This document shows, in pieces, positions 1-13,242 of a DNA stretch of 64,000 bases. The position numbers were made by a program, and so were the translations under genes. The notes below the pieces were generated by a model. The model was given only the letters and a program-made list of their open reading frames with translations. It had not been told where the DNA came from and ran no database searches. Location: NCBI RefSeq assembly GCF_035084215.1, contig NC_090340.1, positions 15,252,001 to 15,316,000 of the forward strand. Direction: 5' to 3'. The DNA comes from Heptranchias perlo. Taxonomy: Eukaryota. The stretch's first letter is position 1; each line of letters opens with the position of its first letter.

Positions 1-343
1 TAGAGTGGATAGGAAGGAGCTATTTCCTTTAGCAAAGGGGTCAATAACCAGGGGGCATAGATTTAAAGTAATTGGTAGAAAGATTAGAGGGGAGATGAGG
101 AGAATTCTCTTCACCCAGAGGATGGTGGGGGTCTGGATCTCACTGCCTAAAAGGATGGTAGAGGCAGAAACCTTCATCACATTCAAAAAATGCATGGACG
201 TGCACGTGAAGAGCGATAACCTATGGACCAAGAGCTGGAAAGTGGGATTAGGCTGGATAGCTCTTTTTTTGGCTGGCACAGACACTATAGGCCGAACGGC
301 CTCCTTATGTGCCGTGAATTTCTATGATTCCATGATTCTATGA
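1..343 (+). mobile_element. CR1 LINE 3' end
   Basis: ORF2 C-terminal motif (TRGHRFKV...FTQRMVGVW..LP) and ATTCTATG-type tail at about 318-343. Confidence 0.9.
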
Positions 344-3300
344 ATTTGATTCTTAACAACTGGAACTTCCGTAACCATCATTTGTATTGGTTGCCGGAAG
401 ATAGTAACAGAATATGAAATCAAAACGCAAATGTTAGGTTTTTAATCAATCATATTATTGCCTCTAGAGCTTTGTGATTTGTTTATTTCAGAGTAATGGT
501 ACCACGCATATTTTATTAATCGCTAGACGACTCCCATTGGCCCTGCTCACCGAATCGGGGGTTCTCGAAGAACAGGGATCGAATGCAAAGTAATTTTAGA
601 ATGGAAATTGATTCAGCAGCATTCAGGCAGACCAGGAATCTGGGAGTATTCGGAAGATTCGAGTTTTAAAAGTATTGGGATGGGGGTCTAGCAGTACTTT
701 GAGTGTCTCGGGATCTGACTGCTTTGAGAGAGTGCCCAAGTATTCTGGGAACACTCAACAGAGGAGATAATGGCAATAAACTGCAAGGCCTTTCTTACGG
801 GATCTCTGTGAGATGGATGTTGGGTTGTGCTCAGCGTCCGGCAGCAATGGCGGCAGTTCTTGGATCACGGAGCTTTCGAAATGTAGTTGAGGGGTTTGGG
901 AGCACTGAAAGGGGGGGGTCTCAGATCTGACAGTTTAGTCAGAAAGTCCGAGAAAGGGAGCCGTAGAATCTAGCATGACTGAGACAGTAGTTTGGGAAAA
1001 CCGGAGGACAGGACCCCGGCAGTATTGGGTGCTGTTGAGATCTGGCAACAATGGGAGAGCAAGGTCTTGCAACTTTGCAAGGGATGGGGGCCCAGAAGAA
1101 TAGGACCTAAACTGCCTTTGGTCCCTTTCAAAACAACAGACCCCAACTTACCACTATCGACCAGGCTTTCCACCTGCTCACTCCCAAAGGTCCTTAGGTG
1201 CCCTGTATCTTTAGGCGCGTTGGCAGGCAATCTCTACCTGAAAGCACTTTAATGTAACTTTTCTGCTTCTTACAATTAATGGGCAGCATGGAGCGGAGGT
1301 GACATTTTCATAATATTCTCTCTCAGCCTATGCCAGGCGCACAAGTGTGAAAAATTTCTCCTTTAGTTCATACGCCAGCTTACTGGACTTGACATTCCAC
1401 AGCGATACTCCCAGTCTTTCAGCCACTTGCACCGTTTCTCTAATGTTTTTGCCCGTCTCCTGCCGAATTTATAGCAGACCAGGATAACGCACACGGAATT
1501 TCATGGCACAGTCTTTAATAAGCATAACATTTTGGTTGTGGAAACCACATTCACAAGGTTGCTAATCACAGGGTCTGTCTCTCACTGGTGTTGTCTCAGC
1601 AGTTCACAACAGAGAGCAGCATCTCTTAATAAATGTTATCACTTTCATGAAGTAAATATTTGCGAATTCAATCTTAATTTTATTTCAAACTCTTTTGGAA
1701 AAAGCAAAGAAATTCTGAAATCCTCACGGACTGAAGGGACATGTCCTCTACTCTTTAATTCCTGTTGATGCACAGGTGGAATGTTGGGAATGCAGAGATG
1801 AGGTGACAGTTTCCTCCAACTGCTGTGAGATAAAAATATCTAGTTGAAGTCTAAGTTTTTGAGATCGGTTGAGACCTCAAAACAAAGACTTTAATGAAGG
1901 TTTTAAAAGACACAAGAGTCAATTGAGTGGGTAAGTTCAAACAGTAACAAGATAATGAGATTATCATTTTATTGGTCCTCTGTTAACGGACACAGAGTTA
2001 ACAAGAAAAAATATCAAAAAGTTAAACTTTAATATAAAATTGCTTTGCTGATTGAATTCTACAATCTAGTGCTGAAATGTGCTCGGTCTCGGATGGGTGG
2101 TAAAATAATAATTACATTACATGCGGCCATCACGGTGGAGTCTGTTCATTATTTCCGGATAAATTGGTTTCCGTATCTAAAATTGTACCCACTTGCTTCT
2201 GTGTAGATCCTTTAAGGATTTTCGCCTGTAGCTCGGAATACTCCGTACTTCTTTCGTTTTTTTTCGATATCCCCGTTTTCTTGGAGCAAGTCAATTCTAG
2301 AGTCGCCTACGTCGACTTGTCACGGGTTGTTTTTCATCGTGAAGGCACGATTTGGATTGTTAATTGGTTGTTTTACCAGTTTGTGAATTGCTGGTCAAAG
2401 CAGTTATCAGCCTGAGATTCAATACACGGTCAAAGTCAGCACAAGACGAAGAACTCCGCTATGGCATAAAACTGGATGCTAAATATCTTTCCTAAGTACG
2501 ATTTGAATCACTAAAGAGGGACAATTGCATTTATGAGCAAGAGTTGAAGTGTTCTGACAGGTTTCTGATAAAATCCCTTCATTTTATCATCTTTTTTCAT
2601 GTTTGAACCTTCTGCCTGGATGCATGATATAAGCGTGTCAGTTACCTCCCGATCCCGTTAGACTTTCCCGGGAATCAATGGAATTTAATTAAGCAAATAA
2701 TTGGAATGTTTACTCAATATCCATGCCGTGATTTCAAATACATTTTTAATGTCAGTGCAAAGCCTTGAATCATTCTCAATATCACATTTATCCGACAGCG
2801 TTTGGAAATCCCGGCCCCAATAACGACCTGCCATCATGTGCAGCCACTCTGGGCTTCACTCATACTAGTTGCAGCTCGCAATGGACTGATATCAAAAGTG
2901 ACGACGTACGAAGGCAGATTTCACATATCAACTACTCTAAAATGAATATTTCTGCTCTCACTACCGAGATATTTCGATCCATTAATAATATGATTGTGAA
3001 AATCGCTGCACTTCAAAATGTCTAACGTATTGCTGTTTGCTGCAATCAGCAATCGCTGAGCCTGTGGCCCCGGACAACGCTGCTTTCAGTTTTCAGTGAT
3101 GCACCAGTTCTTCTCCCTTTGTGTCACCTGGGACCGGCTCGTTCTCCCTCTGAAGTTTTGTTAAAGAAACAACAATAAATGTAAAACTGTGCTTCATTCT
3201 TTTTTAAAGCGGCATCGCGCCCCAGTGATGAACATAACCATTAGAAATGCGAATCTAGAAAATACACACCCAGAAACCCTGACGTAAGAAAGCATACCGC

Positions 3301-3534
3301 TACAATCTACAAGACACCAGCATCAAAATCCAGCTCCCGTTGCCTCTTTGTGGGTGAACAGTCCAAAGCTTGGTGAAATCTGCTTGTGATGTTTATCCAA
3401 GGATAAAAAGCGATTTCGTAATAAATCCTTGACTGCCAGAACCTAATTTTCCCTGTGGCAGCTATTCAGAAATTTCCTGCTTAAATGCACCTTATGTGTT
3501 TTGTTAAACCCATTTTGTAGTCCAGTTCTGATTG

Positions 3535-4385
3535 ATTTTTTTTTTATTCGTTCACGGGATGTGGGCGTCGCTGACGAGGCCAGCATTTATTGCCCATCCC
3601 TAATTGCCCTCGAGAAGGTGGTGGTGAGCCGCCTTCTTGAACCGCTGCAGTCCGTGTGGTGACGGTTCTCCCACAGTGCTGTTAGGAAGGGAGTTCCAGG
3701 ATTTTGACCAAGCGACGATGAAGGAACGGCGATATATTTCCAAGTCGGGATGGTGTGTGACTTGGAGGGGAACGTGCAGGTGGTGTTGTTCCCATGTGCC
3801 TGCTGCTCTTGTCCTTCCAGGTGGTAGAGGTCGCGGGTTTGGGAGGTGCTGTCGAAGAAGCCTTGGCGAGTTGCTGCAGTGCATCCTGTGGATGGTACAC
3901 ACTGCAGACACAGTGCGCCGGTGGTGAAGGGAGTGAATGTTTAGGGTGATGGATGGGGTGCCAATCAAGCGGGCTGATTTATCTTGGATGGTGTCGAGCT
4001 TCTTGAGTGTTGTTGGAGCTGCACTCATCCAGGCAAGTGGAGAGTATTCCATCACACTCCTGACTTGTGCCTTGTAGATGGTGGAAAGGCTTTGGGGAGT
4101 CAGGAGGTGAGTCACTCGCCGCAGAACACCCAGCCTCTGACCTGCTCTCGTAGCCACAGTATTTATATGGCTGGTCCAGTTCAGTTTCTGGTCAATGGTG
4201 ACCCCCAGGATGTTGATGGTGGGGGATTCGGCGATGGTAATGCCGTTGAATGTCAAGGGGAGGTGGTTAGACTTTCTCTTGTTGGAGATGGTCATTGCCT
4301 GGCACTTATCTGGCGCGAATGTTACTTGCCACTTATGAGCCCAAGCCTGGATGTTGTCCAGGTCTTGCTGCAACATCCAGGCTTG
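3535..4385 (-). mobile_element. CR1/Jockey-group LINE (family ending AAHHHLLxGN), 5'-truncated
   Basis: RT C-terminal ORF (QQDLDNIQAW...YKAQVRSVMEYS) and poly-T on + at about 3535-3545; same family as 11046-12230. Confidence 0.9.
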
Positions 4386-4788
4386 GAATCCATGGATGAA
4401 CACTAGAATCACATTGATCTTGCAGAGCATCACATCGGGAAATTTGCAAAACAGGATTTCAACCAAAGTCTTGCAGATAACGGCACTGTGTATGACATGC
4501 GTTCTATAAAGCCTGGTTTAACACCTTGTGGTCAGCTTCCATCTTTACCGCTTTAAATAATACACTCTAGTGTCTTGCCGCGTCTTACTGCTTCTTCATA
4601 TTCCCTTACGCCTAAAGGAATGTATTATTGCTATTAGCCTGAACACATTAGTCTAACGGTGTGTTCTTGGAGAAAACGAGAGAATGCAGACGGCATTCTG
4701 CATAATCTTCAACACAATTCGTATTACACAGACGGCAACCAAATTCAAGCACAGTGCGGGGAGCGAACACCTTACTCCTTTGCTCAGA

Positions 4789-4831
4789 ATGTTGATGAGT
4801 TTCGTTTTTCTCCCAGAGATCATTTACACAG
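4789..4831 (+). pseudogene. Leader exon of upstream IgSF pseudogene (MLMSFVFLPEIIYT)
   Basis: Homologous to leader 8857-8911 (ctcagaATG...atttacacag|gtacc), 12 nt shorter, phase-1 GT donor. Confidence 0.75.
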
Positions 4832-4999
4832 GTACCTACAATTCTATAACCCAGCTGCCTCGATAAACAAAAACATGTGAAATGGTTTCCGCTGAATCAT
4901 CATGAAATTCAAATCTCACCCAATTTTGCTTATTTCTTTTTTTCATCCCCACGACGCATCTAATAAAATTAACCAAACTTTGAATCTATTGCCTGACAA

Positions 5000-5084
5000 C
5001 CGCTTCTAATCTTTCGATCAGTCACTTCTTGGACATGCAATTACATTCAGAGGGACACACATCACCTTCTACTGCATATTCCAC
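5000..5084 (+). pseudogene. 5' fragment of a decayed V exon (psiV-a)
   Basis: Reads ...FRGTHITFYCIF. 22 nt (5061-5082) are identical to 9150-9171. The upstream intron end is homologous to that of the intact V, and the acceptor reads AA. Confidence 0.7.
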
Positions 5085-5215
5085 TAAACATAAATTCAGT
5101 GAAATTTAGTCAATCTTCGCGATTCTTCTTCACCTCTTTCATTTGTAGGTAGAAGTGTGTTCCGAAGTGTCTGGTTCCGCGTCCAATACAATTAACCACG
5201 TATATTTTCCAACAT

Positions 5216-5449
5216 CTGCGGCGCATACTTCGATCAGAGTGGCTCAAATTCCCGAACATGTGATGGCATTAAGAGGGACAGACATCGTGTTCGACTGTGT
5301 AATCTCCCCCTCTCAGGACAACTCTCGAAAAGACGTGCGTTGGTGGAAACAGGTTGCGAATGGACGTGCAAAGTGGAACGGATAACAGAAAATGATTTGG
5401 TCTGAAAATTAAAGAAGGCGGTTTCTTTCAGTTGCTGAACGCGACTTTA
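5216..5449 (+). pseudogene. V exon pseudogene (psiV-b), truncated by CR1
   Basis: AAHTSIRVAQIPEHVMALRGTDIVFDC...VRWWKQ...FGLKIKEGGFFQLLNAT aligns with the intact V. Acceptor AG>AT, a frameshift, CGA>TGA, and a CR1 tail at about 5453. Confidence 0.85.
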
Positions 5450-5452
5450 AGA

Positions 5453-7940
5453 GAAGAGCATAAGAAATTGGAGCAGGAGTAGGCTATAAGGTCCCTCGAG
5501 CCTGCTCCGCCATTCAATAAGATCATGGCTGATATTCCACCTCAATTCGACTTTCCCACCCTATCCCCATATCTCTTGATTCCCTTGGTGTACAAATATC
5601 CATCGATCTCGGCCTTAAATATACTCAACGACATAGCATCCACAGCCGTCTGGGATAGAGAATTCCAGAGATTCACAAACTTCTGAGTGAAGAAATTTCT
5701 CCTCATTTCGGTACTAAATGGACGACCCCTTATCTTGACACTATGATATCTAGTTCCAGACTCTCCAGCCAGGGGAGACAGCCTCTCAGCATCCATCCTG
5801 TCAAGCCCTCTAAGAATTTTAGACGTTTCAATGAGATCACCTCTCATTCTTCTCAACTCCGGAGAAGAAAGGCACATTCGACTCAATCTCTCCTCTTGGA
5901 CAACCCTTTTGTCCTAGGAATCAATCTAATGATCCTTTTTTGCACGGCCTCTAAGCAAGGTATATCCTGACGTAAGGAAACCAAAACTGTACACAATACT
6001 CCAAATGTGGAAACACTGGAGCCCGATATAATTGCAAGGCTTCCTTACTCTTATACACTTACGCACTTCTAATAAAGGTTAACATAATGTTTGTCTTCCT
6101 AATTGCTTGCTGAACCTGTACGTTAACTTTCTGTGATTCATGTTTCAGGACAGACAAATTCCTTTACTACCAACATTTCTTGGTCTGTTTTTCAATTCTT
6201 CCTACCAAAGTGGATAATTTCACATTTATCGACGTTATTCTCCATCCGCCACCTTCTCGCCCATCCACTTAACCTGTTTACATCCATTGCAGTCTATTTA
6301 AATCCTCCTCGCAGTTTACTTTCCCACCTCGTTTTGTATCATCAGCAAACTTGCATACATTACACTCGGTCCCCTCATCTAAGTCATTGAAATATATTGT
6401 AAACAACTGAGGCCCAAGCACTGATCGTTGTGGCACCCCACTAGGTACAACCTGCCAACCTGAAAATTATCCGTTTATTCCTACTCTCTGATTTCTTTCC
6501 GTTAGCCAATCCTCAATCCATGCTATTCTGTTGCTCCCAATCTCATGATCCCTAATCTTGTGGTAACAACCTGTTGAGTGGCACCTTATCAAATTCCTTT
6601 TGGAAATCCAAATTACTACATCCACTGATTCCCCCTTATCTACCCTGCTCGTCACGTTCGCAAAAAAATTCTAATAAATTTGTCAAACACGATTTATTTT
6701 TCATAAAACCGTGTTGACTCTGCCTAATCATATTATCATTTTCTAAGCGCCCTGTGACTAGGTCTTTAATAATAGGTTCCAGTATTTTCCCCACCACTGA
6801 TATCAGGCTAACTGGCCTATAGCTCCCTGATTTCTCTCTCTCTCCTTTCATGAAAAGCGGGGTTACATTTGCCACCTTCCAATCCACGGGGACCATTCCG
6901 CCATAGGGAAATCTGGAAGATGAAAACCAATGTATCGACTATCTCAGTAGTCACCTGTTTTAAAACCCTATGACGTAGGCCATCAGGTGCAGGGGATTTG
7001 TTGGCTTTTCGTCCCAATAATTTATCCAATACCTTTTCTTTACTAATCTTAATTATTTTGTGTTCATTACTCTCATTAGACCCTTGGTTTTCCACTATTT
7101 CCGGTATGTTTTTACTGTCTTCCATTGTGAAGACAGATGCAAAATATTTGTTTAATGTCTCTGCCATTTCCTTGTGCCCCATCACAATTTCTCCTGTCTC
7201 TGCCTCTAAGGGATCCAAGTTTTGTTAACCTCTTCCTTTTTACATACTTGTAGAATCTCTTACAATTTCTTTTTATATTTCTTGCTAGTTTACTCTTATA
7301 TTCAATTTTCTCCCTCTTTATCAATTCCTTGGTCACCCTTTACTGATTTCTAAAACCCTCCCAATCCTCAGGCTTACTCGTATTTCTGGCAACATTGTGA
7401 GCCTCTTCTTTTAATCTAATACTATCCTTAAATTTTCTAGTTAGCCACCGTTGTATCACTTTTCCCATGGGATTTTTATTTCTTAAGGGAATAAGAACAT
7501 AAGAACATAAGAAATAGGAGCAGGAGTAGGCCAAACGGCCCCTCGAGCCTGCTCCACCATTCAATAAGATCATGGCTGATCTGATCCTAACCTCAAATTT
7601 AAATTCATGTCCAATTTCCTGCCCGCTCCCCGTAACCCCTAATGTATACTCATTAAGAATTATGAATTATTTATTTAAATGTTCGCCATTGCTTGTCTAC
7701 CATCATATCTTTTAATGTAATGTCCCAATCTAACTCAGTCAACTTACCTCTCATACCTACGTAAAAGGCTTTGTTTTAATTTAAGACCCTAGTTTCGGAC
7801 TTGACTACATCATTCTCGAACTCTATATAAAGTTCTATCATATTATGACCACTCTCCCCCCGAGGATCCTTAACCTTGTGATTACTAATTAAGCTTGTCT
7901 TATTACACAATGCTAGATCTAAAATAGCCTGTGCCCTTAT
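5453..7940 (-). mobile_element. CR1 LINE, degenerate, with a nested short CR1 3' piece at about 7490-7643
   Basis: RT fragments (DWKVANVTPLF, SQHGFMK, CLTNLLEFF) and CATAAGAA-type tails. Confidence 0.9.
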
Positions 7941-7944
7941 TCTG

Positions 7945-8370
7945 CAATCATCCCCGTGTTCGCGGACCTACATTGTCTCCAAGTCCCGGAAGCCCTCGAT
8001 TTTAAATTTCACATTCGTGTTTTCAAATACCTCCATGCCCTCGACCCTCCCTATCTCTGTAACCTCCTCCAGCCTTTCGAGATCTCTGCTCTCCTTCAAT
8101 TCTTGACTCTTGCGCAGACCCGATTTTAATCGCTCCACCATTGGCTGTCGTGCCTTCAGCGGCCGAGACCCTAAGCTCGGTAATTCCCTCCGTAAACCTT
8201 TCCGCCTTTCTACCTCTCCTCCTTAAGACGCTCTTTAAAACACAACTCTTTCTCCAAGCTTTCAGTCACCTGTCCTGATATCTCCTTATGTGGCTCGGTG
8301 TCAAATTTTGTTTGATGACGCTCCTGTGATGCGACATGGGTCGTTTTGCTACATTAAAGGCGCTATTTTA
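7945..8370 (+). mobile_element. L2-clade LINE 3' end
   Basis: Decayed L2 C-terminal pattern (I.PV..DLH.L...DFK...PPYL...RAFS...NSL...LKT.LF). Confidence 0.65.
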
Positions 8371-8856
8371 ATTCCAAGTCTTTTTCTCACCAACGTTTTT
8401 CAGAAAATATTGCCGGTTATTATCCAAAAGCTGATGATCAACGATCTATGTTGGGCCCCACTTTGTATTCATTTAGCATTAGGTCACGTTAAAGTAATGG
8501 CCCGTGTACACATCAACTTCTTGCGAAATTCATCTCGGGATGATCGCACTCGCACCTCCATTCCGGCATCTCAACTTTTCAAGAAAAAACACTGACTGCA
8601 TGAGTCAGTAAATTCTGCACTTGGAAAGCAAATATTTTCCCTTACTTTTTGCTGTACGTGACACATGTGATTCAACAGTCGAATAAGTGCAGAAATTAGC
8701 ATATCGTACTGAACAAACGAAGCATCTGTTGTAAAGCCGCAGTTACAGGATGTCAAACGACGTTGCGACGCATCTCAAGAAAAACAACCGCAAACTATTC
8801 TTAACAGTGGCAAACTCGTAATTAGTGCAGTGCGTCAGTTTAATCTGTTGCTCAGA

Positions 8857-8911
8857 ATGTCGGCGAGTATGGTGTTTCTGTGCTTGACGCTCCGGAGGAT
8901 TATTTACACAG
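8857..8911 (+). CDS. IgSF VJ-C1 receptor, exon 1 (leader MSASMVFLCLTLRRIIYT)
   Basis: ATG at 8857, 55 nt, phase-1 donor ACAG|gtacc, in frame with the V exon. Confidence 0.75.
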
Positions 8912-9081
8912 GTACCTCTTTATTCACAAGAAAAGCTACTTTAATTTATAAAATGATTCCGAAGTAGTTTCCACATAAACGAAGTGAACGTAATTCCTCT
9001 CTCTAGATTCATGTTTTCTCTCTTCCATCTCCATGTCGTCTCCAATAAAACTAATCCGTACTTGACTATATTTTCTGACAG

Positions 9082-9402
9082 CTGCGGACCACAGTTCGTT
9101 CAGAGTGACACAAACGCCCAAACAGGCGACTGTATCCATAGGGGGAAATATCACCTTCTACTGCATATTCCCCATCTCTCAAACCCATTCTTGGGTAAGA
9201 GTGTATTGGTCGAAACAGGGTGAGGATGAATACCTGCACAGAAGCGGCGATAAGAGAAAACGATTTGGTCTGGAAGGTAAAGCAAGCGGTTTCTTTCAGT
9301 TACGGAACGCGACTTTCCAAGACTCTGGAGTCTATCACTGCGCAGTGATCCGACAGGGAACAGTTGGAGAAGATGGAAACGGATCACATCTGATTGTGCA
9401 TG
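9082..9402 (+). CDS. IgSF VJ-C1 receptor, exon 2: V-set domain with germline-joined J-like strand
   Basis: ag acceptor and gtaagt donor, 321 nt, phase 1-1. B-strand Cys (FYC), C-strand Trp (VYW), DSGVYHC, J-like GNGSHLIV. Confidence 0.92.
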
Positions 9403-10460
9403 GTAAGTGTGAAACACCGGAGAGCGGGAGACTGTCGTAAACATATCAAACATAACATACGGGATTTTTTTGTGATTTGCTTTATTGTACAGTTTCTGAC
9501 AGTAAAACATTTCTATGAACACTTTTTGCGAGAAAGTTAAGTTCGTGTTCTCTGTATAGAACTGCCAATTAGATAGCAAAATATAACCCTCCACACGCAG
9601 GGTACTGTAAAATGTGTCAATGTTAAGCAATTGGACTGTAACTCCAAATACATTTATACACCAGACGTTTGATAGCGGAAGTTCGGAAAAAAATTCAAGC
9701 TGAGTGAAAATGGTTTATATTAATCCGCTTTCCCCACTATATACACGGTTGTTAGTGCATTTTGTCTGCTCTGTCTGCCCCCACCGCTGTCTCTGGGGTT
9801 TAACATTCTTGAAATTAATTCTCACATGAAGATTGGCTCGTTAGCGTCACGGATTTGAAAGCCAGCTAACTGTTGATCAACGGATTCACTCAACAAAGTG
9901 GAGCTCGGAATTCACAACGTTGTCACCTCACCAACCTCCAATAAATAAAACAATACTCAGGAACTGTATTGCTGAAATCTCCTGAGGTTCAACCGAATAT
10001 AGTTTATTTCACAAATCCTCATGCTTCGGCAATGAGATCTGTCCAATACCGAGTAATGCCCTGGTTTTATCATCGGCAATGTGTAGATTACTCGATTACT
10101 CGTCACTGTCTAACTGAGTAAAAGAAAATGGAGGACTGGGCGTGCCAACTTTCCCCCAGGGTTTATTTCTTTAATTCTTTGGACTATGAAACGTGACATT
10201 GATTAGCGATTGTTGCGAAGTGTCTGCGGTGTAACTCAAAGTTTTGGACTCGGTGGTGCATATAAAATTGAACAGATGCCGGTGACGATGAATGATATGG
10301 TTGAGGTCTGTGTTGACAATGTGCCAAATATAAAAAGGACAGGAGGCTGTGCTTTGGAATGGTGCTGTTATAATAAAATGGACGGAAGGAAATAAGAATC
10401 ATATTTAATTTCTCCCCATGGTGCCCAGTAACTCGATTTTGTTCATTCTCTGTTCCGCAG

Positions 10461-10772
10461 CTCCCCCAACTCCACTGAAGATTGCCTCGAGGACAGCTGA
10501 GGGGAATTCATCTGCGTCTCTGACTCTTGTGTGTGAAACGGCAAAGTTTTTTCCGGAGAATTTCACCCTCGCTTGGTATAAAAACGGCGTTGTAATTGCA
10601 ACAGGAATACATACGATTAAACGGCAGAACACTGAGGGGCTGTATGAAGTTTCCAGCTCTTTGGAAGAGACGCAGCCGGTCCCGAGCGGCGCAAATTATA
10701 CCTGTTTGGTATCTCACATCTCCCTCCACACTCCAGCGATTGTCACCTATACCGTTACAAAATCTAACCAAC
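10461..10772 (+). CDS. IgSF VJ-C1 receptor, exon 3: C1-set domain
   Basis: ccgcag acceptor and gtacga donor, 312 nt, phase 1-1. LTLVCETAKFFPENFTLAWYKNG...GLYEVSSSL...YTCLVSHISL carries C1-set hallmarks. Confidence 0.92.
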
Positions 10773-11045
10773 GTACGAGGCCAACAGTCCAAAAAGGATA
10801 GTTAAAATCGCAAACAGATATATCGTAGAATGTGTACATATTGATAATCAAGAAGGTAGTTAATGGAAACACATGGGGTTAATATCAACGAAAACATGAC
10901 ATTCTGATTTTATTGTATAATATAATTGAACCCGATGTGTTGTAATACGGAGTTATATCGTCCGGAGCCAAATATTCCCAGTCAAACCTTATTTGCCTTC
11001 AACTTCCTCTATTTGAGGGATAACAAATATAAACAAATATAAAAA

Positions 11046-12230
11046 GGTGAGGTGAGAGTGACTGCCCTTGACATCAAGGCAGCATTTGACCGAGTATGGC
11101 ACCAGGGAGCCCCAGTATAATTGAAGTCAATGGGAATCAGGGGGAAAACTCTCCAGTGGCTGGAGTCATACCTAGCACAAAGGAAGATGGTAGTGGTTGT
11201 TGGAGGCCAATCATGTCAGCCCCAGGACATTGCTGCAGGAGTTCCTCAGGGCAGTGTCCTAGGCCCAACCATCTTCAGCTGCTTTATTAATGATCTTCCC
11301 TCCATCATAAGGTCAGATATGGGGATGTTTGCTGATGATTGGACAGTGTTCAGTTCCATTCGCAACCCCTCAAATAATGAAGCAGTCCATGCCCGCATGC
11401 AGCAAGACCTGGACAACTTCCAGGCTTGGACTGATACGTGGCAAGTAACATTAGTGCCAGACAAGTGCCAGGCAATAACCATCACGAACAACAGAGAGTC
11501 TAACCATCTCCCCTTGACATTCAATGGCATTACCATCGCCGAATCCCCCACCATCAACATCCTGGGGGTCACCATTGACCAGAAACCTAACTGGACCAGC
11601 CATATAAATACTGTGGTTACGACAGCAGGTCAGAGGCTGGGTATTCTGCAGCGAGTGACTCACCTCCTGACTCCCCAAAGCCTTTCCACCATCTACAAGG
11701 CACAAGTCAGGAGTGTGATGGAATACTCTCCACTTGCTTGGATGAGTGCAGCTCCAACAACACTCATGAAGCTCGATACCATCCAAGATAAAGCAGCCTG
11801 CTTGATTGGCACCCCATCCACCACCCTAAACATTCACTCCCTTCACCACCGGCGCACAGTGGCTGCAGTGTGTACCATCCACAGGATGCACTGCAGCAAC
11901 TCGCTAAGGCTTCTTCGACAGCACCTCCCAAACTCGCGATATCTACCACCAAGAAGGACAAGAGCAGCAGGCACATGGGAACAACACCACCTGCAAGTTC
12001 CCCTCCAAGTCACACACCATCCCGGCTTGGAAATATATCGCCGTTCCTTCATCGTCGCTGGATCAAAATCCTGGAACTCCCTAACAGCATTGTGGGAGAA
12101 CCGTCACCACATGGACTGCAGCGTTTCAAGACGGCGGCTCACCACCACCTTCTCAAGGGAAATTAGGGATGGGCAATAAACGCCGGCCTCGCCAGCGACG
12201 CCCACATCCCATGAACGAATAAAACAAAAC
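11046..12230 (+). mobile_element. CR1/Jockey-group LINE, 5'-truncated, in the C1-TM intron
   Basis: 352-aa RT ORF with [10 protein letters not shown] and FADD, plus an A-rich tail. Confidence 0.92.
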
Positions 12231-13128
12231 AGGAGTTTATCTTTTGCATCCCATTATATTTCTTTCCTGCTTATTATTGATACTTTTTCGGGGTTTTTTT
12301 TCTATGTTAAACTGCCGGCTTTCTCTGCATCAGGACAATTACCAGGAGCTGCAGTGGACGTGTTTGCTCTTTGGCTTCTTCCAATGCATTTCTCAATCCT
12401 GAAATTCCCCCTCCCTCTTCCGCCTACGTCGAGTGCAGAGTTCTGAACTTAAACCGCTGTCCAACTTCCACCCCACATCTCTCCATGCCACAGTGGGTTC
12501 GATTGCGACCTGTCTCATAAATCTCATGTAAACTGTACCCGCAATTTGGTTAGAGTGCAGCCGGTTCAACATATCATTTTATTAACAAATCTTAGCTTTG
12601 CCAGATAATAATTAATAAACCGTCGCCCGTTGATCTCTTTTCCTATTCAATGACATTTTTACTTCAATAAACACTGTGCGGATAATTGAATGAGGGTTAT
12701 TAACCAATTGCTGCAATCCAGAATTTTGTGGGGGCTACGAGTAAACCCGTGTGAACAAATTCCCCCCGATTTCGTCAAACTATATGTTAATGAATAAGAA
12801 TGGTCAAGGACATAAACAAGTCATTCGGTCCAGGGAAATTTATCCCCCTTGTATTCTAATTCTCCTAAAACATTGTTTTGAGATCCCTAAACGGTAGTCA
12901 CCTTCGCAGATTATTCCAGAACGTCTCATCCATTCGATGAAGAAGTTACTTGAAATATTATATCGAAAAAATTAACATTTTTTTATTTACACTTCCTTAT
13001 TGTCGTTCTATACAGCGGAGTTACTGAAAACATCAATAGTTTAAGCAATAAACTATCTTGCGGCCTCTTTTTAGCAAACGCCCGCCCTAACGTACAACTC
13101 AATATATATGCTCCTATTATTCTTGCAG

Positions 13129-13242
13129 TTCGTGACGGTATGTCTCCTTACTACTCGGGTTTTAGAAATGCGATGGGCGGTGCGGCGTTTCTAGTGCTCC
13201 TGGTCATCATCTGGACGCACTGCCAATTGCAGGTGAATCAAG
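13129..13242 (+). CDS. IgSF VJ-C1 receptor, exon 4: transmembrane (LRDGMSPYYSGFRNAMGGAAFLVLLVIIWTHCQLQVNQ)
   Basis: ttgcag acceptor and gtaaga donor, 114 nt, phase 1-1, open in frame with C1, hydrophobic stretch. Confidence 0.82.

Noticed and set aside
560-1252. GC-richer segment with short ORFs
   Set aside because: No recognisable motif; probably an unclassified repeat
4750-4790. CACAGTG heptamer upstream of the pseudogene leader
   Set aside because: No nonamer at 12/23 spacing and not adjacent to a V end
9082-9402. Rearranging Ig/TCR V segment
   Set aside because: The J-like strand is in the same exon followed by a splice donor, and no heptamer/nonamer follows the second Cys
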